A DNA stretch of 64,000 nt from NCBI GenBank assembly GCA_965217185.1, contig OZ244252.1:2752001-2816000 (forward strand), written 5' to 3'. Shown one piece after another: positions 55,006-64,000 of this stretch. Both the position numbers and the translations under genes were made by a program. Source of the DNA: an uncultured Candidatus Entotheonella sp. Lineage in GTDB: Bacteria; Tectomicrobia; Entotheonellia; Entotheonellales; Entotheonellaceae. Each line of letters starts with the position of its first letter. Positions within the stretch are counted from its first letter, which is position 1. A model generated the notes under the pieces. The model did not search any database, had not been told where the DNA came from, and saw only the letters and a program-made list of their open reading frames with translations.

Positions 55006-55896
55006 TCAGCCTCGCATCTCGCCGAATCCCAGGGTTCGCAGCGTTCCGGCGTGCTCCTTCCAGTTGCGCCGTACGCGCACCACCAGGTGCAGCCGCACCG
55101 GGCAGTGCAGCAGCCCGCCGATCGCCCGGCGCGCCTGGGTGCCGATGGCCTTGATCATCTGCCCCTGGCGGCCCACCAGGATGCCCTTCTGCGATGCCTT
55201 TTCCACCATCACGCTGGCCTCGATTTCGACACCGCCGTCGCGCCGCTCCCGGAACTCCTCAATCTCGACGGCGACGGCATAGGGCACCTCTTCGTGGGTG
55301 CGCAGCATCACCTGCTCGCGGATCAACTCGGCAATGAGAAAGCGCTCATCGCGGTCCGTCGGCATGTCCGGCGGGAAATGCGCCGGGCCTTCGGGAAGGT
55401 AGCGCACCAGGCAGTCAACCAGCGCCTGCACGTTGTCGCCACGCAAGGCGGACAGCGGCAGCACCTCGGCGAAGGCGTCTTTGTCGGGAAAGTCGTCAAT
55501 CAGCGGCAGGAGCTGCGCCGTCGCCATACGGTCGGTCTTGTTGAGGAGCCAGAACACGGTCACGTCCGGCTGACGCAGGTGGCGGCGCAGGAACGCCAGG
55601 TCGGGATACGGCGAGCGATTGGCATCGGTCATGTACAGGACGACCTGCGGGTCGATCAACGCCTCGTCGACGGCCTGCATCATGAAACGGCTCAGGCGGG
55701 TCTTGCCGCGGTGGATGCCCGGCGTATCGAGGAACACCAGTTGCGCGTCGGGAAGATTCTTCACCCCCAGGATGCGGTGCCGCGTGGTTTGCGGCTTGGG
55801 CGTAACGATGGCGAGCTTGGTGCCGATCACCGTGTTGAGGAGCGTCGATTTGCCGACGTTGGGCTCGCCGATGATGGTGATGGATCCGCAACGCAT
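55006..55896 (-). CDS. era: GTPase Era
   Basis: GEPNVGKSTL, KPQTTR, DTPG, NKTD, EVPY and KH domain. Confidence 0.95.
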   Translation of the reverse strand: MRCGSITIIGEPNVGKSTLLNTVIGTKLAIVTPKPQTTRHRILGVKNLPDAQLVFLDTPGIHRGKTRLSRFMMQAVDEALIDPQVVLYMTDANRSPYPDLAFLRRHLRQPDVTVFWLLNKTDRMATAQLLPLIDDFPDKDAFAEVLPLSALRGDNVQALVDCLVRYLPEGPAHFPPDMPTDRDERFLIAELIREQVMLRTHEEVPYAVAVEIEEFRERRDGGVEIEASVMVEKASQKGILVGRQGQMIKAIGTQARRAIGGLLHCPVRLHLVVRVRRNWKEHAGTLRTLGFGEMRG

Positions 55897-55904
55897 GACG
55901 GCCC

Positions 55905-57713
55905 TCACTGCACCCGCAGGCCGAGCTCGCGCAATTGCCCGGCGTCCACTCCGGCGGGAGATTGCATGAACAGGTCCTGGGCACGCTGTGTCTTGGGGAA
56001 GGCAATGACGTCGCGCAGGCTGTCGCCGCCGGCGAGCAGCAAGCAGAGGCGGTCGAAGCCGAAGGCAAAACCGCCGTGCGGCGGCGCCCCGGCGTCGAGG
56101 GCATCGAGCAGAAAGCCGAAGCGCTCGCGCGCCTCGGCTTCGTCGTAACCCAGCAATTCCAGGATTTTGAGCTGCACGTCGCTGCGGTGGTTGCGCAGGC
56201 TGCCGGAGCCCATTTCGATGCCGTTGATCACCAGGTCGTAATGCGTGGCGCGTACCTTCAGGGGGTCGCCGGCGAGCAGGTCGATGTCGTCCTCCAGCGG
56301 GGCGACGAACGGCATGTGCATGTAGGTCAGCTGGTCGTTGTCGGCCTCCTCGAACAGCGGGAAATCCACCACGAACAGCGCGTCCCAATCGCGCCCGTCG
56401 CCGCGGTCCAGGCGCTTGCCGAGTTCGAGGCGCAGGCGGCTCAGAACGTCATTGGCGAGGGCAGGACGGTCGGCGATGAACAACAGCAGGTGGCCGGGAC
56501 GCAGACCGGCGCGCTCGGCAATCTGTTGCTGCTCGGCATCGTCCAGGTACTTGGCGATGGGGGATTGCCACGTGCCGTCAGCGGCGACGCGGATCCATGC
56601 CATGCCCTTGGCGCCCCAATCCTGAACGCGCTCGATCAGCCGATCCAACTCGCTGCGCGATACGGCCTCGGCGTTCGGCACCGGCAGTGCCTTGACAATG
56701 CCGCCCTTGCGTACGGCCTGCGCGAAAACGTTGAAATCGCTGTCGACGAGGATATCCGACAGATCGACCAATTCGAGCCCGAAGCGCGTGTCGGGGCGGT
56801 CGGTTCCGTAGCGTGCCTGCACGTCGGCGAAGCCGCGGCGGGGAAATGGGCGCGGCAACTCGACGCCGCACACCTCGCGGAACGCCCTCGCGGTCAGTTC
56901 TTCGAGTATCTGCAGCACGTCGTCGACGCCCACGAACGACATCTCGATATCGATCTGGGCGAACTCGAGCTGGCGGTCGGCGCGTTGGTCCTCGTCGCGG
57001 AAGCAGCGGGCAATCTGAAAATAGCCGTCAAATCCGGCGATCATCAAAAGTTGTTTAATAATCTGCGGCGATTGCGGCAGGGCGTAGAAACTGCCGGGAT
57101 AGGTGCGGCTGGGAACCAGAAAATCGCGCGCGCCTTCCGGGGTCGAGCGGTTCAGGATGGGGGTTTCGATTTCGTACAGCCCCAGATCGCTGCAGGCGGC
57201 GCGGACGGATTGCAGCAGGTGGTGCCGGGTCTTGAGGCGCGCCTGCATGAGGGGGCGCCGCAGGTCATGCACACGGTGCCGCAGGCGCAACGCATCGTCC
57301 ACCGCCGCGTCGTCCTCGATGGGAAAGGGCGGCGGCGTGGCCGTATTCAGGATGCGCAGGTCGGAAGCGATGAGCTCAACCTCTCCGGTGGGCAATTTGA
57401 GGTTGATGGCCTCGTCCTCGCGCCGTTCCAGACGTCCGTTGGCGACCATGACGAATTCGGGTCGCAGGCGGCCCGCCTTGTCATGCGCGGCGGGTGCGGC
57501 GTCGGGCTTGAACACCACCTGCGCCAGCCCGCTGCGATCGCGCAGATCGACGAACACCACGCCCCCATGATCCCGCCGACGGTGTACCCAACCGCACAGG
57601 GTGACTTCCTCCCCGACATGTTCCGGGCGCAACATGCCGCAATAGTGGGTACGACGCATCGAGCCGAGAGGGTCCAACTGCTTCACCAATGCCTCCGTCT
57701 GTTGAGATAGCAT
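55905..57713 (-). CDS. aspS: Aspartate--tRNA ligase, probably non-discriminating (Asp/Asn)
   Basis: RTHYCG, RRRDHGG, STPEGARDF, LPQSPQ, CFRDED and GAPPHGG. Start codon uncertain. Confidence 0.95.
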   Translation of the reverse strand: MLSQQTEALVKQLDPLGSMRRTHYCGMLRPEHVGEEVTLCGWVHRRRDHGGVVFVDLRDRSGLAQVVFKPDAAPAAHDKAGRLRPEFVMVANGRLERREDEAINLKLPTGEVELIASDLRILNTATPPPFPIEDDAAVDDALRLRHRVHDLRRPLMQARLKTRHHLLQSVRAACSDLGLYEIETPILNRSTPEGARDFLVPSRTYPGSFYALPQSPQIIKQLLMIAGFDGYFQIARCFRDEDQRADRQLEFAQIDIEMSFVGVDDVLQILEELTARAFREVCGVELPRPFPRRGFADVQARYGTDRPDTRFGLELVDLSDILVDSDFNVFAQAVRKGGIVKALPVPNAEAVSRSELDRLIERVQDWGAKGMAWIRVAADGTWQSPIAKYLDDAEQQQIAERAGLRPGHLLLFIADRPALANDVLSRLRLELGKRLDRGDGRDWDALFVVDFPLFEEADNDQLTYMHMPFVAPLEDDIDLLAGDPLKVRATHYDLVINGIEMGSGSLRNHRSDVQLKILELLGYDEAEARERFGFLLDALDAGAPPHGGFAFGFDRLCLLLAGGDSLRDVIAFPKTQRAQDLFMQSPAGVDAGQLRELGLRVQ

Positions 57714-57788
57714 TTCGGCGGGCGCCAAAGCACTACTGGGTTCAGGAATGTTCAGAGAGAAAAATCATTGGGGTATGGAAAGCGGGAA

Positions 57789-57817
57789 ATCATATAATGC
57801 GTGCCCAAAGCCGTCAA
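57789..57817 (-). promoter_or_regulatory. Putative sigma70 promoter of aspS-era-recO
   Basis: Minus strand TTGACG, 17 bp spacer, TATGAT. Confidence 0.65.
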
Positions 57818-57858
57818 GATAACCCTTCGCCCGAGACCCCCGTGGCCATGAACGCATC

Positions 57859-60388
57859 ATGCTGAGCCGTCGAATGGTGGCCGCCGCCATGCAGCGCCTG
57901 GAAGGCTGCGCGGCCCGCGTGTGGGAGCGGCCGTTGCTCTGCCTGGCGGCGGGATTACTGGGCGGCAGCGCTGCCAATGCGGTGGCCCATTTTCCCGCCC
58001 CGTTGGTCGTCGGCGTGCTGGCAGCGGCGGGGCTGGGGCTTCTGCCCCGCTGGCCCTGCATCGCCACGCGGCGGTGTTGCTGGGTGGCGTTTCTCGGGTT
58101 GCTATTGACTTCTCTGCATCTCGGCTGGCAGGGCCTGCCGTTACCGCCTGAGCACGTGTCGCACGAGTTGTCGGATCGGCCCGAGCCGCTGGCACGTCGA
58201 GGGCGTCGTTGGCCGCGCCGTGGTGCCGCGCGGCGACCGCCAGTTCGTGTACCTGCGCCTGCACCGGTTGCAGCGTCAGGGGCAACCGTGGGAAGCGGTC
58301 AGCGGGTTGATCCGCGTCAACGTGCATGCTGACAGCCTGCCGTACCTGCCCGGCGACGTCATACGGGTGGACCGGCTGCGGCTGCATCGTCCACGCACCG
58401 CGGGCAATCCGGGGGCGTTCGACTTTCGCGGCCTGATGGAGCGGCGGGGCATTCATGCGGTGGGCGGCGTCACAAACCCGGAACGGCTGCATCTGCTGCG
58501 CCAGGCGGACGGTTTTGGCCTGCCGCACGCCTTGGAGCGCTGGCGGCAAAAATTGCGCGCCGAGTTATCAAGCCTTCTGCCCACGCCGTACAACGCGGTT
58601 TTCCTGGCCATCGTACTTGGCCACAAGGGCTCGCTGCCGGCGGACGTCCAAACCGATTTTCGCACCGCCGGGGTGGCGCATCTGCTGGTCGTTTCGGGGC
58701 TGCACGTGGGCTTCATGGCGGCGGCCACGCTGTTCGGCTGGCGGCAGCTATTGCGCACCGTGCGCAGCCGCGTGCCGCGCGTCTGGCTGCCCGGTTGGCG
58801 CCCGACACCCCTCGCCGCCATGCTCAGCCTGCCGTCGGTGCTGTTGTATTGTTCCCTGGTCGGCTGGCGCGTCCCCACCCTGCGCGCCGCGCTGATGGTC
58901 GGCAGCTACTTGCTGGCCTTGTGCGTCGAACGGCGCAGCGACGCCCGCTACGCCCTGGTGCTGGCGGCCGTGCTCATCGTCCTTGTCGATCCGTGGGCCT
59001 TCGCCGACGTGGGCTTTCGGCTGTCTTTTGCCGCGGTGGCCGCCATCCTGCTGGCGACCGCCGCCGTCCTGAAGCCGCACCCAACGCCGCCAAGCAGGGG
59101 GCAGCGCCTCCGTCGCTACCTGCTGACGTATGTCACGGTAAGCGTGGCGGCCTATCTCGGCACGCTGCCCATCCTGATGCAGGCGTTCCACACGGTGCCG
59201 ACCTTCGGCGTTCTGACAAACCTGCTCCTGCTGCCCCTCGCCGGCCTTCTCGTACCGGCCGGCATGCTAGCCCTTGGCTTGGTGGTGCTGTGGCCCGATG
59301 CAGCGCCCGTTGTCTTCAGCGCCCTTGCCTACCCGATCTCGTGGCTCGTCAGCCTGACGGGGCTGATCGCCGGCCTGCCGAACGCGCAGTTCCATCTTGC
59401 CTCGCCCTCGGCCCTGATGATCGCGGCCTATTACGGCGCCCTAGCCAGCCTCGTGGTTGCCGGGCGTTGGCCGAAACGTTTGACATACACCGGTGCCTGC
59501 GTGTTGGCGCTGCTGCTGGGCGCGGGCTGGCAGGTCCTGGAAACCCGCAGCGACCGGCTGCGCGTCACCTTTCTGGACGTCGGCACGGGGGACGCGATTC
59601 TGGTGCAGGCGCCCGGCAATCACAATCTGCTGATCGACGGCGGCGGCACTTACGACGGGCGTTTCGACATCGGCGCCCGCGTCATTGCGCCGGTGCTCTG
59701 GGACCGCCACGTCCGGCGCTTCGACCTCGTGGCCCTGACCCACCCGCATCCGAACCACGCGCGCGGCCTGGTGAGCGTGCTGCGGCTGTTCCCAGCCGAG
59801 CACCTGCTTACCAACGGCACCCCGATGCGGTACGACTATCTGCGCGACCTCCTTGCCGCCGGCGAGCGTTGGAAGACGCGGCATCACACGGCCCCGAGCG
59901 GCCGGCGTGAATGGCGCTGGGGCGACCTGCGGCTCACCGTGCTGTCGCCGCCGAGCGCCGCCGAGCAAGCCCGCATGCCTTGGAACCCCAAGTCGGAAAA
60001 CGACCGCTCGCTCGTCATGCTGCTGCAATATGGGGAGGTGCGCATGCTGCTTACCGGTGATATTCAACATGCCGCCGAGCACTGGCTGGTGGCCCACCGC
60101 GACGACTTGCGCGCCGACGTCATGCAGGTCCCGCATCACGGCAGCAAAACCTCCACCCTGCCCGACTTCGTGCGGCACGTGCGGCCCCGCGACGGCATCA
60201 TCTCGCTCGGCGCCGGCAACCCCTACGGCCACCCTCACCCGCGCGTGTTGAGCACCCTGATCGAACAACAGGTCAGGGTGTGGCGCATCGACGTCCATGG
60301 CGCCGTCACCGTCAGCACCGATGGCTCGACGTATGAAATTCTCACCCATTATCCAGCTCCGTACAGCGGTCAAGCGTCCCCCGATTAA
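57859..60388 (+). CDS. comEC: ComEC/Rec2 competence protein with one apparent +1 frameshift near 58191
   Basis: NPGAFD, GVAHLLVVSGLHVG, GFRLSF, FLDVGTGDA, LTGD, VPHHGS and N.YGHP; the N-terminal TM part is in the 57859 frame. Confidence 0.88.
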
Positions 60389-60438
60389 AGGCCGTCTCGG
60401 CATGTCCGATCGCCGAGCCGTTCAATACGATTTTTTTC

Positions 60439-60468
60439 TTGACCTGATGCGAACAGTCGCTGTACCTT
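60439..60468 (+). promoter_or_regulatory. Putative tRNA operon promoter
   Basis: T-tract, TTGACC, 18 bp spacer, TACCTT. Confidence 0.45.
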
Positions 60469-60491
60469 TCGCAATCACTTTACGGACCGGA

Positions 60492-60565
60492 TGGGGAATC
60501 GTACAACGGCAGTACTCCAGACTCTGGATCTGGCTATCTAGGTTCGAATCCTAGTTCCCCAGCCA
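60492..60565 (+). tRNA. tRNA-Gln(CTG)
   Basis: Acceptor TGGGGAA/TTCCCCA, anticodon arm CCAGA-CT-CTG-GA-TCTGG, GGTTCGAATCC and encoded CCA. Confidence 0.95.
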
Positions 60566-60577
60566 ATTCCGGCACGT

Positions 60578-60650
60578 GGCCCTATCGTCTAGCGGTCCAG
60601 GATCTCGGCCTCTCACGCCGAAGACACGGGTTCGAGTCCCGTTGGGGCTA
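60578..60650 (+). tRNA. tRNA-Glu(CTC)
   Basis: Acceptor GGCCCTA/TGGGGCT, anticodon arm TCGGC-CT-CTC-AC-GCCGA and GGTTCGAGTCC; followed by TCCA rather than CCA. Confidence 0.93.
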
Positions 60651-60717
60651 TCCAAACTCCCGCCCTTTCTGCTCATCCGTCACTCCCCTGAGCGACACCT
60701 CGGCAAGGCATATTCAC

Positions 60718-61026
60718 GTGACCCCAGACCGCATCCCGCAAGCCGTTCGCACCCAGGCCGCCGAGCAGGGCGGCGCGCCCTACACGACCCCCGAGGGTGA
60801 AGCCTACCTCATCATTCCCACGCCGGTGGGCGAGCGCGTATTCGTCAACAGCTGCCCCCACCGCCGCCTGCCGTTGGACCGCCGCGGGCGGTTGCAGTTT
60901 TCCGGCGAGCAGCGCCTGCTGGTTTGTCCCAACCACGGCGCCAAGTTCGAGCCCGAAAGCGGCCGCTGCGTCGCCGGGCCGTGCTTCGGCAAGCACCTGC
61001 AACGGGTTCCCGATCTCGAGGCGTAA
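60718..61026 (+). CDS. Rieske [2Fe-2S] ferredoxin
   Basis: NSCPH...CPNHGAKF....G.C..GPC. Confidence 0.88.
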   Translation: MTPDRIPQAVRTQAAEQGGAPYTTPEGEAYLIIPTPVGERVFVNSCPHRRLPLDRRGRLQFSGEQRLLVCPNHGAKFEPESGRCVAGPCFGKHLQRVPDLEA

Positions 61027-61138
61027 TCCATCGGCGCGGCGCTTTGTGCTATGATCATGCCGACCCGTAGAAGGAAACCACACCGAGCGTTTTCCCTCTC
61101 CACGAACCTTCCCCTACTACACAGGTACCACAATCATC

Positions 61139-62602
61139 ATGACGACATTACGCATACGAGGTCTGTACGGGGCCGCGCTGACGTCGCTGTTTCGGCAGCA
61201 TCACCAAGACTGGGAGATCGTACAGCCCGATGATGAGGTGCGCGCGTGTTTGCCGGGCGATTGGCGGATGGATTCCCCGGACGTCGCGATCGACGAGCAC
61301 GCCGATGCGCAGGGCGTGCGCGACACCCTGCAGCTGTCGGGTTCGGACGACGGCATTGAGCGCGTTCTGGGCATCCTGCAGCAGCATTTCACGGACATCA
61401 TCATTCGCCGCAGCGGCATGCAGATCGGCTCCATGTACCTGGGCTTGGTCGGGCTGGTCAGCCGTGAGCGGCGTCAGTCCGTCGTGTATCTCGGCGGCCA
61501 GCTGTCCGGAACGCTACCGATGGGCCCGGACGATCGCGGGCCGGAGATCGGTGCCCGCATCCCGGTTCGCATCGAGGCACTGGGCAACGGTCCCGACAAG
61601 CGCCCGCAACTCAGCGCCGTGCTCAGCGTGCCGGGCCGCTACGCGGTGCTGAGCATGACCCCGGCCGTGCGCATCAGCAAGCAGATCAATTCCGCGGCAG
61701 CGCGCGAACGGCTGCAGCAACTCGGCCAATCGCTGCAAACCAACGGCTGGGGCATCATCTGGCGCACCGCGGCCCAAAACGCCGCGGACGAGGTTCTGAG
61801 CGAGGAAATCCAGTATCTGGTGCAGCAGTCCGGCGACCTGCGCGAGCGCCTGTCAGGCGCCAAGGCCCTCGGCTATCTCTACGGCGGCGACGTGAGCACG
61901 CAGGTGGAAATACCCGGCGACGCCAAGCGCCTCTGCGACCATTTGCGCGCCGAATTCCTGCCGACGCTGCCGGGGCACCACAAGTACAAAGCCCAAGGCG
62001 ACGTGTACGGCGCCACCGTCGACGCGTTGGAAAAGGAACTGCCCGCCGAGGTGCTGCGCAACCGTACGGCGCCGCTCGGCGTGCTGGCCAGCGTGAACGC
62101 CATGGAATCGCCGCTGCGCGACACCCTGCGCGTGCGGATGGGCGGCCTCCGGGAAAGCGCCGCCACGCAGTATGAGGAGCAGCGCGTCGCTTACGACCTG
62201 GACGCCGGCTGGGTTGAGGTCCGTCAGGAGCTACGCAACAAAGACAGCTATCCCGCCGGCTTGCGGCTCGACAAACGGCCCGGCGATTACACCGTCACCC
62301 GCTTTCAGGAAGGCAGTTGGCATTATGTGACGCGGTTTTACGGCAGGCAGGGCGCCTGGAAAGCGGATTACGCGGGCATCGCCACGCCCACGGCCATTTT
62401 CTCGGATCAGGTGCACCTCGTCGACCTCGACGTCAGCGTCTGCCACAGCCCCGAGCAACCCGCCGAACTCATCGGCATCGAGTCGCTGCAGGAGCACCAG
62501 AAGCAGGGCCTCGTGGGCGTCGCGCTGGTGAGCAAGGTCCGGGAAGAAGGCGCCGCAGTGCTGGAGCGACTGCGCCGGGAAGACCGCTCCGGCGACGAGT
62601 AG
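61139..62602 (+). CDS. FAU-1-like ribonuclease/RNA-binding protein (RNase E/G-like N-term + DUF402)
   Basis: LRIRGLYGAALT..IVQP, S1-like region, G.YAVL..RISKQI, WGIIWRTAA, PTLPGHH..KA and I.TP......DLDV.V. Confidence 0.72.
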   Translation: MTTLRIRGLYGAALTSLFRQHHQDWEIVQPDDEVRACLPGDWRMDSPDVAIDEHADAQGVRDTLQLSGSDDGIERVLGILQQHFTDIIIRRSGMQIGSMYLGLVGLVSRERRQSVVYLGGQLSGTLPMGPDDRGPEIGARIPVRIEALGNGPDKRPQLSAVLSVPGRYAVLSMTPAVRISKQINSAAARERLQQLGQSLQTNGWGIIWRTAAQNAADEVLSEEIQYLVQQSGDLRERLSGAKALGYLYGGDVSTQVEIPGDAKRLCDHLRAEFLPTLPGHHKYKAQGDVYGATVDALEKELPAEVLRNRTAPLGVLASVNAMESPLRDTLRVRMGGLRESAATQYEEQRVAYDLDAGWVEVRQELRNKDSYPAGLRLDKRPGDYTVTRFQEGSWHYVTRFYGRQGAWKADYAGIATPTAIFSDQVHLVDLDVSVCHSPEQPAELIGIESLQEHQKQGLVGVALVSKVREEGAAVLERLRREDRSGDE

Positions 62603-62707
62603 ACTCCACCCACCGGCGATTCCCTCCACGAATTCCGCCGCGCACCTCTCCCCCTTTGGATAAGCCGGCTCTGCACAAAAGTCAGCCGGGTAGGCTTGTG
62701 TTGGATT

Positions 62708-63076
62708 TCAGGGCGAGGGTGCGTCTGCGGTTTGCAGTTGCTGCATGATGAGATCGATCCGTCCTTCGTTCCTCGAGACGCGGTCGCTGAGCTTGCGGAG
62801 TTCCGACACGTTGTTGTCGAGGTCCTCGATTTGTCCGTCCTGGGTGTCGAAGCGTTGATCCATTGCGTCGAAGCGCTGGTCCACGGCCTCGAAGCGCTGG
62901 TTCATTTCTGCTCTGAGGTCGTCAATACGCTGATTGACGCTTCGGTTCAGGTCATCAAGACGTCGATGCGTGTCGTCAAGGCGATAATGGATCGAGTTGA
63001 CCGACAGGTGCAGAGCCGTTATGACGGCACCGACGGCCAGGATTCCGGTTCCATTATTCCTTATCCAGTTCCACAT
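62708..63076 (-). CDS. Small membrane-anchored coiled-coil protein
   Basis: N-terminal hydrophobic segment, then QRIDDLRAEMNQRFEAVDQRFDAMDQRFD heptads. Confidence 0.7.
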   Translation of the reverse strand: MWNWIRNNGTGILAVGAVITALHLSVNSIHYRLDDTHRRLDDLNRSVNQRIDDLRAEMNQRFEAVDQRFDAMDQRFDTQDGQIEDLDNNVSELRKLSDRVSRNEGRIDLIMQQLQTADAPSP

Positions 63077-63120
63077 CGGCTGTAGCCCCCAGAGGTGAGT
63101 GGGATTTGGGGGAAGGTCTC

Positions 63121-64000
63121 TCAGCGCAGTTGCTGCACGGCTTGATCGAGACGGTCGAGCCCGGTGCGAAGCGCTTCCATCGACGCGGCGTAGGACAGGC
63201 GCACGTGGTCATCGGCGCCGAACGCGTCGCCCGGTACCAGCGCCACGCTCGCCGCATCCAGCAGGTAATCGATGACATCCGTCGAGTTTGACAGGGTACG
63301 GCCATTGGTGCGGCGACCGAACAGGGCGTTGATTTTCGGGAAGGTATAGAAGGCGCCTTGCGGCATGGGGCAGGAGATGCCGTCGATGGCATTGAGACGC
63401 GCCACCACGAAATCGCGCCGTTCGACGAAAGCCGCAGCCATGGCGTGCACGCTGTCCTGGGGGCCGGTAAGGGCCTCGATGGCCGCTATCTGTACGAACG
63501 CCGTCGGGTTGCTGGTGCTCTGGCTCTGCAAATGGCCGCAGGCGGCGATCACGTCGGCAGGTCCGGCGCAGAAGCCCAGGCGCCAGCCGGTCATGGAGTA
63601 GGACTTGGAGACGCCGTTGACCACGATGCAACGTTCCTTCAACTCCGGTGACAGCGTGGCGATGCTGATCTGCCGCAGCCCGTCGTAGACCATGTGCTCG
63701 TATATCTCGTCGGTGATGACGTAAAGGCCGGTGTCGCACAACACGTCGGCGAGGTCTTGCAGCTCTTCAGGGGTGTACACCGCGCCGGTGGGATTGCATG
63801 GACTGTTGAGGATGATGCCCTTCGTCGCCGGCGTCAGGTAGCGTCGCAGCACCTCGCCGGTGATCTTGAAACCTTCCGCCGCCGTTGTCGGGATGATCAC
63901 CGGCGTGCCGCCGGCCATCTCCACCTGCGTCGGGTAGGTCACCCAGTACGGTCCGGGAATGATCACCTCGTCGCCCGGATCCAACAGCACCATCGCCAGG
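63121..64000 (-). CDS. Aspartate aminotransferase-like class I/II PLP enzyme, 3' part (start beyond window)
   Basis: PYWVTY, NSPCNPTG, DEIYE, NGVSKSYSMTGWRLG, GAFY and RLSYA. Confidence 0.92.
   Translation of the reverse strand, partial: LAMVLLDPGDEVIIPGPYWVTYPTQVEMAGGTPVIIPTTAAEGFKITGEVLRRYLTPATKGIILNSPCNPTGAVYTPEELQDLADVLCDTGLYVITDEIYEHMVYDGLRQISIATLSPELKERCIVVNGVSKSYSMTGWRLGFCAGPADVIAACGHLQSQSTSNPTAFVQIAAIEALTGPQDSVHAMAAAFVERRDFVVARLNAIDGISCPMPQGAFYTFPKINALFGRRTNGRTLSNSTDVIDYLLDAASVALVPGDAFGADDHVRLSYAASMEALRTGLDRLDQAVQQLR

Overview
GC-rich bacterial chromosome window. It is mostly housekeeping genes on the minus strand: aspS-era-recO, argS-SPOR-alaC-hom-lysC-ppdK-ribD-ribBA-ribH-nusB, an ECF sigma/anti-sigma pair, and trpDCF-leuB-asd-mtnP-hemL-ftsB. 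It also carries comEC, tRNA-Gln and tRNA-Glu. An accessory zone at about 10-27 kb holds a decayed MpaB-oxygenase/sulfotransferase/P450 cluster, two related IS elements, an oxidoreductase-SelD fusion and a Sel1/peptidoglycan-binding/trypsin protein. The gene repertoire resembles a sponge-symbiont or Tectomicrobia-like metagenome assembly (inference only). The top finding is hidden from the ORF track: a linalool dehydratase/isomerase (LinD)-like gene at 21363-22895 (-). Both positions matching the catalytic cysteines are in-frame TGA codons (U-E-N-T-K-I-W-P-Q-U). The second TGA is followed, 18 nt downstream, by a GGUCU-loop hairpin resembling the E. coli fdhF SECIS, and selD lies about 3 kb away. 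This suggests a di-selenocysteine hydro-lyase. Other notable items are an archaeal-type FAU-1 RNase, an archaeal-like PGK, and an IS whose removal restores the P450 I-helix. Many single-base homopolymer indels suggest assembly error, so pseudogene calls resting only on indels are tentative. All family assignments come from motif recognition, not database searches.
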